DNA of 64,000 nt. It comes from Centroscyllium fabricii (lineage: Eukaryota). Position numbers and translations under genes: made by a program. Position 1 is the first letter of the stretch; each line of letters opens with the position of its first letter. The notes under the pieces are model-generated. The model searched no databases, was not told the DNA's origin, and saw only the letters and a program-made list of their open reading frames with translations. Shown here one piece after another: positions 59,241-64,000 of the stretch. The stretch is from contig JBNRSN020000002.1 in NCBI GenBank assembly GCA_051313645.2, positions 319,734,001 to 319,798,000 on the forward strand, given 5' to 3'.

Positions 59241-61344
59241 GAGCATTACGTTTGACATTTCAGTACCACACCTTAGTTTTCGTAATACTGTAGATTACAC
59301 ATTGAGTTTCTTCATTAAAATGCGCCTAACATTTGCACAGAACAGTGGGCTTCCACGGGCTGACATGAGTGAAAAATGCGATAAAGGCCGACAAAAGGAA
59401 TTGAAAAATAACACGCAAAAAAAAGAACATCGAGAAAAGGTAAAAATTGGGTTGAAATGAAAAGAGCAGGACCGAGGTCGCCCCTACCCTTTGGTGTTTA
59501 ATAAAAAAAAAACACCGGAGCCCGGCTTAATGCTCATAAGACACAGCTGATTTGAAACTAAAGATAGTTTAAAGTTTTATCTCCCCTTTCTTTGGAACAT
59601 CATTCACCCTTCTCTCGAAGACACCAGAGAAATGAACTGCGCCTAAAGTTGTCTGATTTTATTTCTGCACGGTGATCAATATTAAAAGAGGCAATAGACC
59701 TAAAGCACGCCCTACTTGTAGTCGTGTGAAATCATCCTTGTTGTCAGCGTGACCGGTGTAAATGGTGTAAAATCGGTCACTTTGAAATATCCTTGGTGAG
59801 ATTTAGCAATCAATAGGTCCAGCACCGTCCCAATAGTGTAAGTTAGCCCAGCAGCTAACTTCAGTCTCGACTTCACTGGACGGGGAACATGCCAAAACTT
59901 AACGGCATGAATATGTATTCAACCAAAACCAATTTGTAGAGGAAGCGTTGGTGTTAGTGGAAGTTGTTTGAGGTGCATATCTGCCCAGGCTGCTCTGTGA
60001 CTGCCTTCAAGTGGGAGGAGTTGGCTGCACAGAATGTCCATTATAGTCTGGATTTGGACGCTGGCTTTGCTTGTAGGACTCATTCATGTGCGTGCCGTAT
60101 GTTATCCGATGAATTACACTTTTTGTTCTTCCTCTTTAAGCCTTTCTTAATGTCTGTGTGCGTGACAGGTATCGTTAGCTCATGCGGATAGAACGGCTGC
60201 AGTGTGGCGGAGTTTGTATTAACCCCAACAACCGTTCAAAAGACAAATGGAAATCTCATTATCCACTCAGCTCCTTGATGGAACCATTAATGCCATACAT
60301 TTTCCTAATACTATATTAGCTATAAACGGGGCCTCTTCATGTTTACGAAGCCAAGGGATTGTTTTATACTGAAATTCCCGATTAAAATCTATTTCGACCA
60401 ACTTCAAATAAGTCAAGCACGTCCACTGCCCGGCATGGTTTGACAATAAAGCAGAAATAAAATTGCAACAGTGTAAAGTGCAGGGAAGAAGAAATGATCC
60501 TTCAGTTCAGTAGCAGGTGAAATGGCTTTTCCTTTTCACAATGGTCAATATGCCGAATGCCTTTGGCTGATGGACAGGGTGTGCAATGAGATTGAGAGTG
60601 TAATCGGAGCCTGTTTCCAGCTCACCTGGCACAGCCTCTGTCGTCAAGGAGCTGCCGGCAATCTCTGAAAAGGAGGATTACTCCCTTTGGTAATCCTGCT
60701 CGACTGAACAGCACTTTCTCATTATACAGCTGTGTGCCACCTCCATATTGCACTGTTGAAAATCCATTAAGGATTGATATAGTGTTGTAGGGTGTGTCTT
60801 ACAATAACCTGGAATTTGGTATGGTGATCAGATATGCCTGATAAGTATTACACACACAGTAGTTTCCAGGATACTGCATTATGTCTGCCAATTTTTCCAG
60901 TAATCCAAAGCTATATGATGCAACTGCTGGTCAAATAAGACAGAAGGGGGTTCATGTGACTGACAATTATTCAGTGATATACATAGGCAGATATACCACA
61001 AATGGACTAATGCCAAAACACAATAGGCTTGATTCTGAAAGGCTAGTATTTTGGCTTGGCAGCTGCTCCTGGCCTGCACCTACCCAGTGACCACCACACA
61101 TGTTAATATTTTCAGCTGTTTTGCTCTGATTTCAAGCAACTCCTGATGATGTCATGCCGCCTGCTCGGTGGGTTAAAATATGGAAGAATGAGTTCCTGGT
61201 GGCTTTCCGGTGGGTGGTAACCTGGATGGTCTCCACTGGGCAGGTAGGGTCAAAACCGCCCCCATTATTCGAACTACAGCCTAACAAATGACCTCTTTGC
61301 TTTTATACTCCATTCCCTAGTTAGGGATTCCCATATGCTTTTTT

Positions 61345-62080
61345 TTGATGAGATGTGGGCGTCGCTGGCTAGGCCTGCATTTAGTGCCCATCCCTCATTA
61401 CCTTGAGAAGATGGTGGTGAGCCGCCTTCTTGAACCGCTGCAGTCCATATGTTGCGTAGCGGTTGTTTACAACTGAGTGGCTTGCTAGGCCATTTCAGAG
61501 GGTATTAAGAGTCAACCACATTGCTGTGGGTCTGGAGTCACATGTAGGCCAGACCAGGTAAGGACGGCAGATTTCCTTCCCTAAAGGACATTAGTGAACC
61601 AGATGGGTTTTTGCAACAATCAACAATGGTATTGTAGCGTAACTACTCAGGGAGATACGCCTGTCTCCCTTTAAGGCAGTAGCCGGGGACAGGCGACCTT
61701 GCTTTAAGGCAGAATCCTCTTTGGTGAGTTGGTCCTGCCCCCGTTGCCACATTGGTCCAGGGAATCAACAGGCTCGGAACCTGATAGGCCCTTAGCGCTG
61801 TCACTCACGGGTCACGTGGTTTCCTGCCGTTTCGCGCCATAAGCAAGCAGTTTGTTTAGTTGTTGAATAGAATAAAGACGTGTGTTAATTCTCTCCGTTG
61901 CTTTGCTCTGTTTCTTAGATATTTAAAGTGGGAAACCTTCAGTTCCCCACAGTATCGTGGTCGCCATTACTAAGACTAACATTTAATTCCAGAATTAAAT
62001 TGAATTGAATTTAAATTCCACCAGCTGCCGTGGTGGGATTTGAACCCATATCCTCAGAGCATTTGACTGAGCCTCTGGCT
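61345..62080 (-). mobile_element. SINE-like interspersed repeat interrupted by a solo LTR
   Basis: Minus-strand B-box-like GGGTTCAAATCCC at ~62048-62036; sequence is continuous across the LTR. Confidence 0.5.
61633..61951 (+). mobile_element. Solo LTR (319 bp)
   Basis: TGTAGCG...AATAAA...CCCCACA; 4-bp TSD GTAT (61629-32 / 61952-55). Confidence 0.8.
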
Positions 62081-62443
62081 TACTTATACCTTTATGAACT
62101 TGTACTCACACTTTTAAAGTTTTGTGTATGGCACCCCTAATTCTCTTTGCTCCTCTACTCCTATTTAAAGTTTTAACAACCCTCTTGTATTTATAATTGT
62201 TATTAAAGATTTATAAAGGTATTATAAATCTTTAAAAGCTGCTTTATATAATTTCCTGAAAGCTTAGAGGGTACATGCTCGGTATGGTATAGTTCTCGGT
62301 CATTCAGGCCAGAAGATGTCAGTTTTGATTGTGGGTATGTGCTGAGTTAGCTGATCTCAGCCAAGACAGTGTTGGGTATGATACAACTGGCATCCTTACC
62401 CCTGAGCTACGGAGGGGAAACATCAACCAAGGTTCCCACTCCT

Positions 62444-63496
62444 GGGGCTGAATTTTTCCAGTGCTCAGAGTGTAGGTTTGAAGGTGGGTCCGCTGTCAAA
62501 ATCACAAAGCTTGACAGCGGGTCGGTATCCTGCTGTAAACCCACCTCCTTGTCAGTTTCCCAAGTGTCATGTCTGTCATCCCTGAACAGATCCGACACCA
62601 AGCGAAGGGCCAGCCAATTTAGATTGTTAAAAGCTTTTTAAAAGGTAGTTCAGAACCATTTTCCCATGCACTGACCATTTTACCAGGTTTTCAATGAGGT
62701 TCCAGGAGAGCGGCTATCACATCAGGTAAGTTTGTCGGGTTCTCAATGACTGGATTGCTGTGACTAGGTGAAAGCTGCAAAAGTGGTTTAAAAGCTACCA
62801 TTTCACAGCTTGTCATTTTCCAATGTCAGAAGCTGGAATATTAATGATTTGGAATCCACTTTTAAGCTTTATGCACGTTTGAAGTGTTTGCAGTAATTTC
62901 TCTTTCCACTGTCACCTCTTTGGAACAACCTATCTCAACAGTGACAGATTACTTCTGTCATCTCAACCTCACCTGCCATCTATTCCATCAGCATCAGTGC
63001 CCTTGAAAAAAATCTCACCTTGGTCCTCAGAATCCCAACACGATCTGCCCCAACACCAGCATCACCGGGCACACCAGAAGCACCAACATCAACATCAATC
63101 TTCTTCGCAATCAACTGATGCTTCACTGGACACAGTGCATCATCACCCATGCACATTGCTGCCCAGGACTCCAGCGATGGCCTCACCATGTCCAGATTTG
63201 CTTTAACACTGTGCACCCTGGCTGCCACATGATGCACCAGGTTGGAGCCACGCCACCCCACACCAGCACCATAAAGCATCCCTACAATGTCCAAGCCATT
63301 TCTTTCACACTCATCAGCATTGGGGGTGGGGGGACCTTATGTTTCACCATTCACTGGAACTCACTAAGATACTTCCAAAGGTGCACACATATCTGCCCAA
63401 AAAAACAATGTTCAAAATAAAGATTTCAATGTTTGACAGCACATTACCAGAAACTTCACACGAACATTGGCTAAACTACACAAGTGCCTACCCTTG
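62444..63496 (+). mobile_element. Non-autonomous Harbinger element of the 11551/43672 lineage
   Basis: Starts GGGCTGAATTTT; contains SPWSSE..QHQ remnant 62997-63206; interrupted by the LTR at 63497. Confidence 0.75.
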
Positions 63497-63784
63497 TGTG
63501 GTAAACCACTCTTTATGTATATATATGTATATTACTGTAACCCACTGTAACCACCCTTAAACCATGTTGTATAATAGTTCTTTGTGTGTGATCACCTGGA
63601 CATGCCCATGCTGGCCCCGCCTGTGACTCCTCCCTCCCAGGACCAGGTACATAAGCGGCCGTCTCCCTTCCCCCGGCCATTCCTGGGGACGGTTGACTAG
63701 CTGGTGCATGTCCACCTTTAGCTAATAAAAGCCGATTGTTTCACCTCTTAATATCTCGTCTCCGAGGTCGTTAATTCGGTAACA
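63497..63784 (+). mobile_element. 5' LTR of a second Gypsy-type element lacking a tRNA PBS
   Basis: TGTGGTAAACC...AATAAAAGCC...GGTAACA, followed by ATTTTATTAGTTAAA and a gag start. Confidence 0.8.
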
Positions 63785-63806
63785 ATTTTATTAGTTAAAT
63801 TTGACG

Positions 63807-64000
63807 ATGGAATCGATGCTCAAACCAGCAATGTTTGAGCTGGATCCCTGGACACCAGGCGCATCAAATACCTTCACGCACTGGTTCGATTGCTTTGATG
63901 CGTTCATCAAGGCGAACGCGGCGGTCTTCAGGACCGAGGAGGACAAACGGCATCTCCTCAATGCCCGGGTGGGCCCTCAAGTATACTCCATGATTGCAGA
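63807..64000 (+). CDS. Gypsy-type gag N-terminus (runs off window)
   Basis: MESMLKPAMFELDPWTPGASNTFTHWFDCFDAF..EEDKRHLLNARVGPQVYSMI, homologous to MDHCLLKPERLKLDP..FGHWLKCF..DKLTLLTTRVSHRTYSLI at 22731. Confidence 0.8.
   Translation, partial: MESMLKPAMFELDPWTPGASNTFTHWFDCFDAFIKANAAVFRTEEDKRHLLNARVGPQVYSMIA

Overview
Eukaryotic, repeat-saturated 64-kb window with no recognisable host protein-coding exon. The repeat mix points to a cartilaginous fish (shark or ray; inference): CR1 LINEs with (ATGTTTCT/ATGTTCTT)n tails, HE1-like V-SINEs sharing that tail, a Deu-domain SINE, L2, Rex1/Babar-type LINEs and Penelope-like elements. It is a nested transposon graveyard. It holds several CR1s (one near full length, 27.4-31.8 kb), one apparently intact Rex1/Babar-type LINE ORF (53.6-56.6 kb), two two-gene PIF/Harbinger transposons (DDE transposase plus spliced MADF/Myb-SANT gene), many Harbinger non-autonomous elements and ~750-bp MITEs with mostly AAT/ATT target duplications, three Gypsy-type LTR elements, two solo LTRs, and Penelope-like elements carrying minimal hammerhead ribozymes. 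The most striking observation concerns two divergent Gypsy-type elements (LTRs at 22475 and 63497). Neither has a tRNA primer-binding site. Instead, the 14-15 nt just inside the 5' LTR are complementary, with compensatory changes, to the LTR's own AATAAAA poly(A)-signal segment. This suggests a tRNA-independent self-priming and/or poly(A)-occlusion system. Coordinates were read by eye, and family names come from motif recognition, not database searches.
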